A stretch of DNA of 47,257 bases from a virus (taxonomy: Duplodnaviria > Caudoviricetes), in the IMG/VR virus record IMGVR_UViG_3300042199_000262, positions 1 to 47,257 of that record; one strand, 5' to 3'. The notes beneath the pieces are model-generated. The model was not told the DNA's origin. It ran no database searches and saw only the letters and a list, made by a program, of their open reading frames with translations. The position numbers and the translations under genes were made by a program. Each line of letters begins with the position of its first letter. The first letter of the stretch is position 1. Below, in pieces: positions 6,399-15,719 of the stretch.

Positions 6399-6997
6399 TT
6401 TAATGCTCCTGTGTAATGAATAACTAAGGAATATCGTGTTCCATTAGTTACAGGACTCACGCTATGATTAGTGAATCCATCCCATATTTTTAAAGATAAC
6501 TTATCTTTATGATTACTTAGTGGATATTCTTTACTATCAGAGTCGTACAGCGATAGCTCTCCACCAGAAAAGTTATCATTTAAAAGAATAGATGCGGTAG
6601 CCACCACTAATGGTCTAATACCATTCTCACCAGAGTTTAAATCGTGATGAATTTTAAACTCACCACCTTCTGTATACTTAAGAATCCAGAACCCATGATA
6701 TCCAGTAGCATATCTAAATGCTGAGTTTTTAAATCCCCAGTTTATATGCCTCATGCAACTTTCAGCTAAGAAGAATAAATCTGATAAAACAGATCTTATT
6801 CTCGGATCGCTATCATCCTTAGCTTCTCGAAAAGGATTTGCAATCTGATACTCCAAACACTTAGAATTGGAATACCATGTAGATACAGATCCTTTTTCAT
6901 CAACTAACTCCATGAGTGTTTTTGCCACCTCTGGAGTTAATGCATTTTTTGCACTAATAAAAGTAGGTTCTGGGTTATGCGTTTTAACGCTTTCCAT
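6395..6997 (-). CDS. 2OG-Fe(II) oxygenase (prolyl-hydroxylase-like)
   Basis: KY..GGEF..HHD, LNDNFSGGEL, HSVSPV..GTRYS; likely start MESVK at 6997. Confidence 0.88.
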   Translation of the reverse strand: MESVKTHNPEPTFISAKNALTPEVAKTLMELVDEKGSVSTWYSNSKCLEYQIANPFREAKDDSDPRIRSVLSDLFFLAESCMRHINWGFKNSAFRYATGYHGFWILKYTEGGEFKIHHDLNSGENGIRPLVVATASILLNDNFSGGELSLYDSDSKEYPLSNHKDKLSLKIWDGFTNHSVSPVTNGTRYSLVIHYTGALK

Positions 6998-7148
6998 GCT
7001 TGAACTTCTCGAAAGACTCATCGTCTTCATCCAGAAGATCCTCAGGATCAACTGGTCTGCCTTTCAAAGTATTATAGTTCTTAGGCTTCTTCTTTTCTTC
7101 TATTCTGTGAATAGGCTTTTCTTCTTCGTACTTCTTAGAATGTCCCAT
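6984..7148 (-). CDS. Small charged hypothetical protein
   Basis: MGHSKKYEEEKPIHR...; fills the gap between neighbouring genes. Confidence 0.55.
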   Translation of the reverse strand: MGHSKKYEEEKPIHRIEEKKKPKNYNTLKGRPVDPEDLLDEDDESFEKFKHGKR

Positions 7149-7161
7149 ATAAATAAATGTC

Positions 7162-7482
7162 TTATAAATCATCTGAAAGAGATCCAAATACAGCCTGTTC
7201 TAACTTTTGAGCTACTTTCCCATCCACAGGGAAAGACATAGCTACAGTCTCGTTTTCTGAATCCCAATACATAATAGCACAATCAGGATCTTTCTCCATC
7301 ATGTCGTATACTAAATTATAAAGACAACAGTTCTTATAGTATTTTACAAATTCTGGAGACGCAGTAGAAATCATATGCTCCCCGTGATCCCTATTCATGA
7401 AAAAGTTTAATTGAGCTAAAGTTACATATAGCCCATTTTTTTCAACCATGTAGGGTAGTCTAAAGAAATTATCGTCTTTCAT
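7162..7482 (-). CDS. Hypothetical protein
   Basis: 106-aa ORF, ATG start. Confidence 0.7.
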   Translation of the reverse strand: MKDDNFFRLPYMVEKNGLYVTLAQLNFFMNRDHGEHMISTASPEFVKYYKNCCLYNLVYDMMEKDPDCAIMYWDSENETVAMSFPVDGKVAQKLEQAVFGSLSDDL

Positions 7483-7492
7483 AAGAATAAGA

Positions 7493-7533
7493 GTAGGGTA
7501 GGGGTGGTTTACAAGGCACTCCCCCTACCCTAC
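7493..7533 (-). terminator. GC-rich hairpin, probable intrinsic terminator after the DUF932 gene
   Basis: GTAGGGTAGGGG/CCCCTACCCTAC 12-bp stem followed on the minus strand by TCTTATTCTT; second hairpin GTTAGGG/CCCTAAC at 7542-7560. Confidence 0.65.
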
Positions 7534-7573
7534 AAGGATTAGTTAGGGGTTAACCCTAACAGTATTTAGGTGT

Positions 7574-8353
7574 CTAGTTGGTGCTTCCAGCATACTGACT
7601 GGCAAGTTCCCACAATTGTTGGTTAAGATCAATGTCCAACTGGATATTGGAGATCGAACGAACCATGCGACGAGTCTGCTGGTTACGATATCCGCCTCGG
7701 ATAAGATTCTCCTGCGCCACATTAAAAGTGCGCCAGAGGTCGTTACCAACATCCTGTTGGCGACGGGCAGTAGAGACTTCCTGAATAATAGCATTATCAG
7801 GATCCGTGAAGCGCAACCGAGCGGCATCCGTGAAGAAGTCCATTCGAGAGCGTTCAGAAAGTTCAGTCTTTTGCCAACGATCAACCTTATCCTTCAGGAC
7901 CGAGGCATTACTGACCAATCGACGAGAAGCATCCTTGACCTGCTGAGGATCAAATCCGATGTGACGAATGTGGATAGTACCAAAATCACTCTCGGACACA
8001 ACCGCACCATTCGAGCAGACAAGACGGAAGATACCCGCTTGCAGCTTGTAGCCTCCAAGACCATTGTGCGAATTCACAACAAGCATTTCGGGGAAGCTAT
8101 CACCAACTGCGAAGTTCTTCACATCGAGGTCGCGGTGACGAAGGCGAACAATGTGCTTCGCATGGTCACGGCTCCACTTGCGGGAACCAACCTGACGAGC
8201 CTTCCAAGCAGTCCAACCTTCTTCTTGGAGGATCTCAAGGATCTCCGTCGTAGGGAGAAACGAGTATCGGTCAGAGACACGACCTTCTTCGGGAGACGTA
8301 GCAAAGACCGCAGGAGCCTCTGCACGGAGCATCTCTTCGTTAAAGAGGACCAT
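7574..8353 (-). CDS. DUF932/DUF945 family protein
   Basis: SDRYSFLPT, KHIVRLR, NSHNG, AGIFRLVCSNG, LWRTFNVAQENLIRGG, LNQQLW. Confidence 0.9.
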   Translation of the reverse strand: MVLFNEEMLRAEAPAVFATSPEEGRVSDRYSFLPTTEILEILQEEGWTAWKARQVGSRKWSRDHAKHIVRLRHRDLDVKNFAVGDSFPEMLVVNSHNGLGGYKLQAGIFRLVCSNGAVVSESDFGTIHIRHIGFDPQQVKDASRRLVSNASVLKDKVDRWQKTELSERSRMDFFTDAARLRFTDPDNAIIQEVSTARRQQDVGNDLWRTFNVAQENLIRGGYRNQQTRRMVRSISNIQLDIDLNQQLWELASQYAGSTN

Positions 8354-8646
8354 TAGAGGCTACCCCCATAAGTTTCAGCGAAGGCTTCCTCACGGGTGAG
8401 GTTGCGATTCTTCTGATCCTTGGTCATGCGGAAACGCTTGCCAGTCTTTTCAGTGTAGTCCTCGATGGACTGGTAGCTAGGAGAAGTGTTAGCCGTAGCC
8501 TTAACTTCGACAATAGGTTGAGTTTGCGGAATCATAACTTTCTTTAGTTTTGGTTGAGTAATTTTGCGTCCAAAGGAATTATCGAAAGCATCAGAGATCA
8601 TGCCAGACACTTCTTCATAGAAGTTTTGCCAATTTCTGGTAGTCAT
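8353..8646 (-). CDS. Hypothetical protein
   Basis: AGGAG SD, TATAAT at 8678-8683, TAATG coupling to DUF932. Confidence 0.75.
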   Translation of the reverse strand: MTTRNWQNFYEEVSGMISDAFDNSFGRKITQPKLKKVMIPQTQPIVEVKATANTSPSYQSIEDYTEKTGKRFRMTKDQKNRNLTREEAFAETYGGSL

Positions 8647-8701
8647 GGTCGCTAAGTTCTCTCCTTGTGGTCCCCCTATTATACCCGACCGCAGAAAACT
8701 T

Positions 8702-9694
8702 TCAAGAAGAAATACCGAAAACTTTGTGAAGTGGAGCGAAGCCCTTCTCGGCTGGGTTCAGAAGCAATTCCTTGAACTCCTTAGACTGGAACTTAGAATC
8801 TGTTCCATCTACAGAGTACCAAGCACCTGCACGCTTTACTAGACCATCAGCCTCTAGCATCTGGAGAACTCCAGCATAAGGATCAAGACCTTCGTTATAC
8901 ATGAGTTCAAATTCGCACTCACGGAAAGGCACGGATACTTTATTCTTTGTGTTGCGAACAGTACCCTTGATACCTACGACAACCTTATGCTCATCTCGAA
9001 TCAGATCACTAGTTTTATTCGAGATAGTCTTTAAGTTCACTCCTAGGTAATACTCTAACGACTTGCCTCCCGCAGCCATTGTGGTAGGATCCCCGTACAT
9101 TACACCAACTTTGTTTCTAATTTGGTTGATGATTACGAGTGCTACTTTATACTTACGCATGAGAGGATTGATCTTTCGCAAACAAGCTCCCGTAGCCTTA
9201 GCTCTTACTGCACCCTGCATATTGTTACCGTCGTAGCTTTCAGCCTCGTACTCTGATTTTGAAGGCGAGACTGCGATACTATCGTATGCAATAACAATAG
9301 GTGTGTCAGAGTCTGATTCTCTGATAGCCTTAATTGTATCTTCTATAACTTGGAAGCAATCTTCCAATGTTTCAGGTGCAGCGTAGATCAGCTTCTCAGG
9401 ATCTAATCCTAGATGCGTAGCAAACTCAGGGTTGTACGCATTTTCAGAATCTACAAGCATAGTGTAGTATCCTGCTGATTGTGCTTCCTTAAGTATATGA
9501 GTTGCAAATACAGTCTTTGCTGTAGATGCTTCTCCGTGTATCTGTGTAATCATACCAATAGGAATACCTCTAGTGTAATTACCAGAGATAATCTTATTGA
9601 GTGCATAACTACCTGTTGAAACAAATCCCATGTCGGGAACTTGCTCTGACAAAAGGCCCGCGTTTTTAAGTCTGTCTAATACTTCTTTGTTCAT
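8702..9694 (-). CDS. uvsX: RecA/UvsX recombinase
   Basis: STGSYALN, GEASTAKT Walker A variant, DSENA, DSIA, INQIR.KVGVMYGDP, GGKSL, KNKV. Confidence 0.92.
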   Translation of the reverse strand: MNKEVLDRLKNAGLLSEQVPDMGFVSTGSYALNKIISGNYTRGIPIGMITQIHGEASTAKTVFATHILKEAQSAGYYTMLVDSENAYNPEFATHLGLDPEKLIYAAPETLEDCFQVIEDTIKAIRESDSDTPIVIAYDSIAVSPSKSEYEAESYDGNNMQGAVRAKATGACLRKINPLMRKYKVALVIINQIRNKVGVMYGDPTTMAAGGKSLEYYLGVNLKTISNKTSDLIRDEHKVVVGIKGTVRNTKNKVSVPFRECEFELMYNEGLDPYAGVLQMLEADGLVKRAGAWYSVDGTDSKFQSKEFKELLLNPAEKGFAPLHKVFGISS

Positions 9695-9727
9695 ACTCTA
9701 TTATAGAACACTTTGACTTTTTGGTCC

Positions 9728-10057
9728 CTAGCCTTTGCTATAAATCACTTCTTTTATTCCGTGATCATTTATTAGTTTTTGGCACCACTTGCAAGGCTTG
9801 GCGAGAAGATCATTCACTCGATACACGAAGATAGTAGTACCAGACAAATCAATACCTCTGCGAACAGCCTTATAGATTGCATGGCTTTCTGCGTGCAGAG
9901 TCTTATAGTTACCCGATCCAAACTTCGGGTGCGTCTTCTTTATGTTGTGGGCGCAAACAAGAACCTTGTTCTTGCGAGCTATGGCAGCACCGATCTTGAA
10001 TCTACTCTTTGACTTTTTGGATTCAAGTCGTGCTGCCCGAATCGGCGGGGGTTCCAT
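9728..10057 (-). CDS. Second zinc-dependent (deoxy)cytidylate deaminase-like protein
   Basis: KIGAAI, LHAESHAI, AKPCKWC; ATG at 10057 coupled by TAATG. Confidence 0.8.
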   Translation of the reverse strand: MEPPPIRAARLESKKSKSRFKIGAAIARKNKVLVCAHNIKKTHPKFGSGNYKTLHAESHAIYKAVRRGIDLSGTTIFVYRVNDLLAKPCKWCQKLINDHGIKEVIYSKG

Positions 10058-10266
10058 TAGTGCCACCCAGGTTTATAAACACCTTCACCAGTAATCTTGA
10101 ATGAATGCTTACTAGCACCCAAGTAACGATACATAGTGGTAGGCTTCTTTTCCTTAGGGTCACATCTAGGGCAGTGAGGAACTGGATTATTGTGATAATC
10201 CGTCATTGATTCAAATATCTCGTAAAGCATATCACAAGATGAACAATGATAATCATAAATAGGCAT
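10057..10266 (-). CDS. FmdB-family zinc ribbon protein
   Basis: MPIYDYHCSSC...CPRC...FKITGEGVY. Confidence 0.85.
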   Translation of the reverse strand: MPIYDYHCSSCDMLYEIFESMTDYHNNPVPHCPRCDPKEKKPTTMYRYLGASKHSFKITGEGVYKPGWH

Positions 10267-10598
10267 TAGCGATCATCTCCAGATCCTTGAATAACTCCAC
10301 GATTTCTACGATCTTCTAGCTTCTTTAGAACACCCTCTGCAATACTATCAAGAGGAATATTAAGTTCATAAGCTATTGCAGAGATATACCAGAGAACATC
10401 ACCAAGTTCACTTGCAATATTCTCAGTATCCACTTTAGTAGCATTACCATGCTTGTCCCGCATGATCTTCTTAATCTTACCACAAACCTCACCAGCCTCA
10501 CTGGCTAGACCTAGTGCAGGATAGTATAGGTTCCACCCAACATCAGGATAGACTGCGGTACGAATAGCCTCTTGTTGAAATTTATTGAAGTCGTTCAT
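10266..10598 (-). CDS. mazG: MazG-like nucleotide pyrophosphohydrolase
   Basis: LGLASEAGEV, ELGDVLWY, KL.DR..RGVIQGSGDDR. Confidence 0.9.
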   Translation of the reverse strand: MNDFNKFQQEAIRTAVYPDVGWNLYYPALGLASEAGEVCGKIKKIMRDKHGNATKVDTENIASELGDVLWYISAIAYELNIPLDSIAEGVLKKLEDRRNRGVIQGSGDDR

Positions 10599-10604
10599 GG
10601 TATA

Positions 10605-11567
10605 TTATAGTCTTGCCTTGATCATTTCTTCTATTAGACTTTCAAAAGTATATTCAGGCTTCCATCCTAGAGTGTCTTTTAATTTAGAACAGTCACCCTT
10701 TAAATCGTGTAATTCAGTTGGTCTGTAGTAGATTGGATCAATTGTTATATGATTTTCATAGTTCATTCCTAATCTTCTAAAAACTATTTCACAAAGTTCT
10801 CGGACTGAATGTGATTCACCCATAGCACAAACAAAATCATCTGGTTTATCGTGCTGTAACATCATCCACATCGCTCTTACATAATCTTTAGCATGACCCC
10901 AATCTCTCGTTGCATCTAAATTTCCCAAGGCTAGTGTATGTTTTTTACCTTTGTAAATTTGCACAGCCCCATCAACTATTTTATTAGTTACAAAGTTCAA
11001 ACCCCGTCTAGGTGATTCATGGTTAAATAAAATACCATTTGATATAAACATATCATAAGAAGTTCTATATGTTCTAGCAAGATTGTATGCATATAACTTT
11101 GCACAACCATAAGGACTTACTGGCCGCATCAGAGTGGTTTCTCTTCTAAACCCATCTGAATCGAACTCGTTACCATACATTTCTGATGATCCTGCTTGAT
11201 AAATCTTAGCTTTTGGACATAACTCTTTGGTGGCTTCTAATAAATTTAGAACACCTTGAGCATCAGCTAGTGTAGTGAACGTAGGTTGATCAAAACTAAC
11301 TCTAACGTGTGATTGTGCAGCTAAGTTATAAATCTCATCAGGATTACATTCTTTTAGAACTCTAAGTAATGAAGGGAGATCTGTCATATCTCCATAAACT
11401 AATTTTAGTTTATTAAGAATTCCTATTTTTTCTAATCTGCTAGTTTGGTTTTCTGGCACTGAGTGTCTTCTTAAAAGACCCCAAACTTCATAACCTTTAC
11501 TTAAAAGTAACTCAGCTAAGTAAGATCCATCCTGTCCACTAATTCCTGTTATTATTGCTTTCTTCAT
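10605..11567 (-). CDS. gmd: GDP-mannose 4,6-dehydratase
   Basis: ITGISGQDGSYLA, NLAAQSHVRVSF, SPYGCAK, FNHESPRRG, RDWGHAKDY. Confidence 0.96.
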   Translation of the reverse strand: MKKAIITGISGQDGSYLAELLLSKGYEVWGLLRRHSVPENQTSRLEKIGILNKLKLVYGDMTDLPSLLRVLKECNPDEIYNLAAQSHVRVSFDQPTFTTLADAQGVLNLLEATKELCPKAKIYQAGSSEMYGNEFDSDGFRRETTLMRPVSPYGCAKLYAYNLARTYRTSYDMFISNGILFNHESPRRGLNFVTNKIVDGAVQIYKGKKHTLALGNLDATRDWGHAKDYVRAMWMMLQHDKPDDFVCAMGESHSVRELCEIVFRRLGMNYENHITIDPIYYRPTELHDLKGDCSKLKDTLGWKPEYTFESLIEEMIKARL

Positions 11568-12441
11568 ACCACTTTATAGTCTCCTTAATACCATCATAGA
11601 ATGAAGTAAATTTGAAATCGGGAAACAGAATTTTAAATTTCGTGTTAGACCCGTCTTTTCTATGTTGACCAACCATACTTCCATCAAATTTAATTTTAAG
11701 ATTTTGATTTGTGACTGAACAAATAGTTTCAACCATATCTTTTATTGATAGATTTTCATCAGGAGCGACAATCAGCGGGTCAGAATCATTATGATTTTCT
11801 AATATGAGAGGTATTGCTGAACAAAGATCATCAACAAAAAGTTGTTGCCTTAAACTTTTTCCAGTTCCCCAAAAGGTAACTTCATCCTTTGCGTTCATTA
11901 TTTTTCTGATTGCTGCTGGTACAAAGTGAGATTTATCATTTTCAAAATTGTCCTCAGGACCGTAGATGTTTGAAGGTGAAAATGTAGAATAATTTAATTC
12001 ATACTGTTTTCTATAAGTATTTATTTGAACTAATAAACATCTTTTTGCGTACCCATATGAAAAGTTTGATTCCGCTGGAGGTCCACAAAATATATCATTT
12101 TCAGAGAAGGGGTACTTTTTAAGCTTATCTGGAAAAATGCAGGTGCTAAGTGATGCTAAAAGTCTTTTTATTCCAGATAAATAGCAAGCGTGAACGATAT
12201 TAGTATTCATGCTTACATTGTTGTAAAAAAATGTTGCTGGATTCTCTAAGTTATCTTTAATCCCTCCTACAATCGCAGCTAAATGAACAACCGCATCTGG
12301 TTTATGTTGTTCTAGCATCTTCATGCATTCATCAAATTTTAATAAGTTAAAATCCTTAGAAGATACATAAATCCAATCAGGTCTTATTAGTTTTAACCTT
12401 TTGCCAACAAAACCAGAACCACCAGTAACTAAAACTTTCAT
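11539..12441 (-). CDS. fcl: GDP-L-fucose synthase / ColC-like epimerase-reductase
   Basis: GGSGFVG, HLAAIVGGI, STCIFP, YGYAK, NIYGPEDNF, SHFVPA, WGTG..LRQ. Confidence 0.88.
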   Translation of the reverse strand: MKVLVTGGSGFVGKRLKLIRPDWIYVSSKDFNLLKFDECMKMLEQHKPDAVVHLAAIVGGIKDNLENPATFFYNNVSMNTNIVHACYLSGIKRLLASLSTCIFPDKLKKYPFSENDIFCGPPAESNFSYGYAKRCLLVQINTYRKQYELNYSTFSPSNIYGPEDNFENDKSHFVPAAIRKIMNAKDEVTFWGTGKSLRQQLFVDDLCSAIPLILENHNDSDPLIVAPDENLSIKDMVETICSVTNQNLKIKFDGSMVGQHRKDGSNTKFKILFPDFKFTSFYDGIKETIKWYEESNNNRN

Positions 12442-13568
12442 TATTCTTTTACTAAATTACAGATAAAATCTACTTGATCTTCAGAAATATTTTGATGATT
12501 AGGGACATACATTCCAAATTCTTTCAGATGTTCAGCATTTTTTAATTTATTTAGTCCATATCTAGAAACGTACATTGGTTGTGAACCCATTGAACCACAA
12601 ATTAAGGGTCTACATTCTACATCGTTAGCTTTTAGTCTGCTGACAAGTGTAGATCTATTTTTAGAAATGATAGGAAATGCAAAATTTGAAACAAAACCTT
12701 CTTGAGGTTTTACACTTAGATTTTTACAAAATCTTAAATAATTTCTATTTCTTATTTTTGAAACATTATCTATCTTATCTAACTGATTTATACCTATGAA
12801 TGCCTGTAAATCTGTCGCTCTTACGTTAAATCCTGCATGATAGAAAGTATATAATGAATCAAAATCATTTACACCCCATTCTTCCCTCTTTTTATTTTTA
12901 GTGCTTTCATCCCAATCTCTATCCCATCCATGATTTCTTATGGATTTTAGTAAACTATTCATTTCATCATCAGAGGTGCATACTATTCCACCTTCAATTG
13001 TTGATAAATGATGACCAAAATATGTTGAATAGCTAGACATTAGACCAAAAGATCCTAATTTTTTACCTTTATACTCAGATCCTAAAGATTCACAACAATC
13101 CTCTAATAAAGTCATGTTATGATTATTACAAATACTCATAATTCTGTTCATGTCTGGGACAAATCCTAGAACTGATACAAGTAAAACAACTTTAGGATTA
13201 TGTTCTTTAGCTAAGTTCTCTAAATGTTGTAAATCTAAAGAATAATCCACAAGATTACAATCACATAAAACGGGAATTAATCCTAGTTGAATCACTGGTG
13301 CTAAATCTGTAGCCCATGAGACAGCAGGGACAATTACCTTATCTCCCACTTTTATTTTTTTAGATTCAATTAATGCGTAGAGCATTAATAGATTTGCTGA
13401 AGATCCTGAATTTACAAAAGTAGAATACTTACTATTGATATAAGAAGACCACTTTTTTTCAAACTGAATTGTTAGTTCACCTTTTGTTAGTCTTGGATAA
13501 GTTTTTATCCAATTAGCTAAGTTATCCATATCAACATTATCTATTGTGTCTTCTGCTAGTTTAATCAT
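12441..13568 (-). CDS. PLP-dependent DegT family enzyme, ColD/RfbH-type 3-dehydratase
   Basis: VNSGSSANLL, PAVSWAT, EDCCESLG, STYFGHHLSTIEGG (His in place of the Schiff-base Lys), RNHGW. Confidence 0.85.
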   Translation of the reverse strand: MIKLAEDTIDNVDMDNLANWIKTYPRLTKGELTIQFEKKWSSYINSKYSTFVNSGSSANLLMLYALIESKKIKVGDKVIVPAVSWATDLAPVIQLGLIPVLCDCNLVDYSLDLQHLENLAKEHNPKVVLLVSVLGFVPDMNRIMSICNNHNMTLLEDCCESLGSEYKGKKLGSFGLMSSYSTYFGHHLSTIEGGIVCTSDDEMNSLLKSIRNHGWDRDWDESTKNKKREEWGVNDFDSLYTFYHAGFNVRATDLQAFIGINQLDKIDNVSKIRNRNYLRFCKNLSVKPQEGFVSNFAFPIISKNRSTLVSRLKANDVECRPLICGSMGSQPMYVSRYGLNKLKNAEHLKEFGMYVPNHQNISEDQVDFICNLVKE

Positions 13569-13587
13569 TTTAATGTATTTCTCTAAT

Positions 13588-14415
13588 TTATAATTTACTG
13601 TAACAATTTTCCATCATCCATTTATCAGGAGATTCATAAGTTCTAAATCTCCTAAAATTTTCTTCTATATACTGTCTCTTAGAGACATAATCCTGAATAG
13701 ATATTTTACATAGAATTTCTTTTAATTCTTCTATAGTGTTCCAAGTATAGAATCCTCTGTTATCAAATAATTTATCTATATTTGGATTCCCCCAATAAAT
13801 GGGAATACATCCAGTAGCAAAGCAATCAATTAGTTTTTCTGTAAAGTAGCCATTATGCTGGCAGTTTTCTATGACAATAACGTATCTGTAATCTTTAAGT
13901 GGGGATAACCTCCCTTCCAAATTATCAGAAAACTTTCTATATCCAGAACCCCATAATTCTATTTCTGGATGTAATTTTTTAGAAATAACCTCATGTCTTA
14001 GCTTATGTCCTGTAGTATAATTTTTATTAGATGCCACAATCGACAATAATTTAGTTTTATCGTAAATTTTACAAGCATCCTCAGTAATCCAGCATCCTCC
14101 AAAAAAACATTGTTTATACTTTTCATTACGGTGGAGATCTGGATTACACACATAAATATAATCAAACTTATGCTCTATTTTATGAATATGTTCATAAACA
14201 TAAGGTTTAATAGCTGGACTTTCAAAAGCCCAAGCTATTTTATACTTAGATTTAACTTGATCTACTATTGGATGAAAACATAATTCATCAGTAAAAACAG
14301 TTATACCGTCGAACTCTATTAATGGAGGTTTTATATATTCAAGATTTGAAATAGGTCTATAAATATTAGAATATGGATCATTACCAATATTTGAGTCAAA
14401 AAAGTTTATTTTCAT
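13588..14415 (-). CDS. GT10-like fucosyltransferase
   Basis: YRYVIVIEN...GYFTEKLIDCF..GCIPIYWG. Confidence 0.85.
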   Translation of the reverse strand: MKINFFDSNIGNDPYSNIYRPISNLEYIKPPLIEFDGITVFTDELCFHPIVDQVKSKYKIAWAFESPAIKPYVYEHIHKIEHKFDYIYVCNPDLHRNEKYKQCFFGGCWITEDACKIYDKTKLLSIVASNKNYTTGHKLRHEVISKKLHPEIELWGSGYRKFSDNLEGRLSPLKDYRYVIVIENCQHNGYFTEKLIDCFATGCIPIYWGNPNIDKLFDNRGFYTWNTIEELKEILCKISIQDYVSKRQYIEENFRRFRTYESPDKWMMENCYSKL

Positions 14416-15095
14416 TTTTTTAGTTTAGTGTTATATGCATCTAGCAAATTTTTGATTTTATCTAAATATTCAGAAACAAATTTAGTAGGAATCCAAGGAT
14501 TACCTAAATAATTAATTACAGTATCTGGATGATTAGATATATCATGTATATGATACCATGAGCAATTATTTGCTACTACAACTTTATATCCATTAGCTAA
14601 AGCTCGTAATCCAAATTCTCTTTCATCAGCTAGAGGGGAGGATTCTTCTGAATATCCTCCTATAGATTTTACCATAGATTTTTTGTATGCTAGTAAAAAC
14701 CCCTTTGGTGTAGGTAAAGCATCAGTTTTAAATCCACCCCATTCTACTCCTACAATACCTACATCATTATCATTAAATTCAGAAATCATATTAGAATAAG
14801 TTTGTGGACCAACTCTACAATCATCATTTAAAATAACTATATGTTCACAATTAGACATAGCCATTCCTAAATTCCAAGCAGTGGCTACTCCTACATTTTG
14901 TGACATATAAGCCCATCTAGTAATTCTAGAATCTTTTTGAACATAATCTAAAATTCTAGCAGTTTCCTCTTGATCATATGGATTTATTAAAACTATGAAC
15001 TCTGTAGGAGGTATACTTGAATTAAATGCATCATTTAAACAGTTAATTAAGTTTTGTAATTTTTTATAAGCTATAACAACTATTGAGTATTTCAT
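14412..15095 (-). CDS. GT2 glycosyltransferase
   Basis: SIVVIAY, NVGVATAWNLG, ILNDD, IGGYSE, DEREF.LR. Confidence 0.85.
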   Translation of the reverse strand: MKYSIVVIAYKKLQNLINCLNDAFNSSIPPTEFIVLINPYDQEETARILDYVQKDSRITRWAYMSQNVGVATAWNLGMAMSNCEHIVILNDDCRVGPQTYSNMISEFNDNDVGIVGVEWGGFKTDALPTPKGFLLAYKKSMVKSIGGYSEESSPLADEREFGLRALANGYKVVVANNCSWYHIHDISNHPDTVINYLGNPWIPTKFVSEYLDKIKNLLDAYNTKLKK

Positions 15096-15101
15096 TTTTT
15101 A

Positions 15102-15719
15102 CTATACCTTTTTATATACTTTTCTATGACATTCAACTATTTCTTCACAAAAAACAAAATTATTATTTAATAAATAGCCTTCAACTAATTGATGATTATA
15201 ATCATCAGTATTATCAAAAACTATTATTCCATTTTTTGATATTCTACTTGAAAAAAATTGTGCAGCAACCATAACACTATTTATTTCATGCTGTCCATCT
15301 ATATGGACAAATGAATAAGAATTTACTATTTCTTTTTTTCTGTCTTTATAAATTGGAACTCCATCAAAAAATCTTTTATAAAATTCTGAGTCCTCCATAT
15401 TAAAAAATACTATGTCTGCATTATGTTGTAATGCAAAAGAATAGATATTTATAAAAGCATTATTTCTCATATTGTTAGTATAATCCGTAGTGTGTGTTCC
15501 GCATTTATCAGTATAATCAATTTGTCCATAAGGATCTATGCAGATATGAGTCTTATTATCTGAATTTTGTAAAAAAGTCTTCATAAAAAATAAAGATCCA
15601 CCACCTGCGCGAACACCTACCTCACAAGATAATCCTTCAACATTTTTTAAACTTGTTAGATATGGAATAAGTTTTAAATAACAATTACTATGTGAGTCTA
15701 CTTCAATTTTATAAGTCAT
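15102..15719 (-). CDS. Class I SAM methyltransferase (TylF/Methyltransf_24-like)
   Basis: EVGVRAGGG, IDPY, FVHIDGQH, GIIVFDN. Confidence 0.82.
   Translation of the reverse strand: MTYKIEVDSHSNCYLKLIPYLTSLKNVEGLSCEVGVRAGGGSLFFMKTFLQNSDNKTHICIDPYGQIDYTDKCGTHTTDYTNNMRNNAFINIYSFALQHNADIVFFNMEDSEFYKRFFDGVPIYKDRKKEIVNSYSFVHIDGQHEINSVMVAAQFFSSRISKNGIIVFDNTDDYNHQLVEGYLLNNNFVFCEEIVECHRKVYKKV

Noticed and set aside
7616-8356. 246-aa plus-strand ORF
   Set aside because: Antisense shadow of the DUF932 gene with no motifs; explained by codon bias
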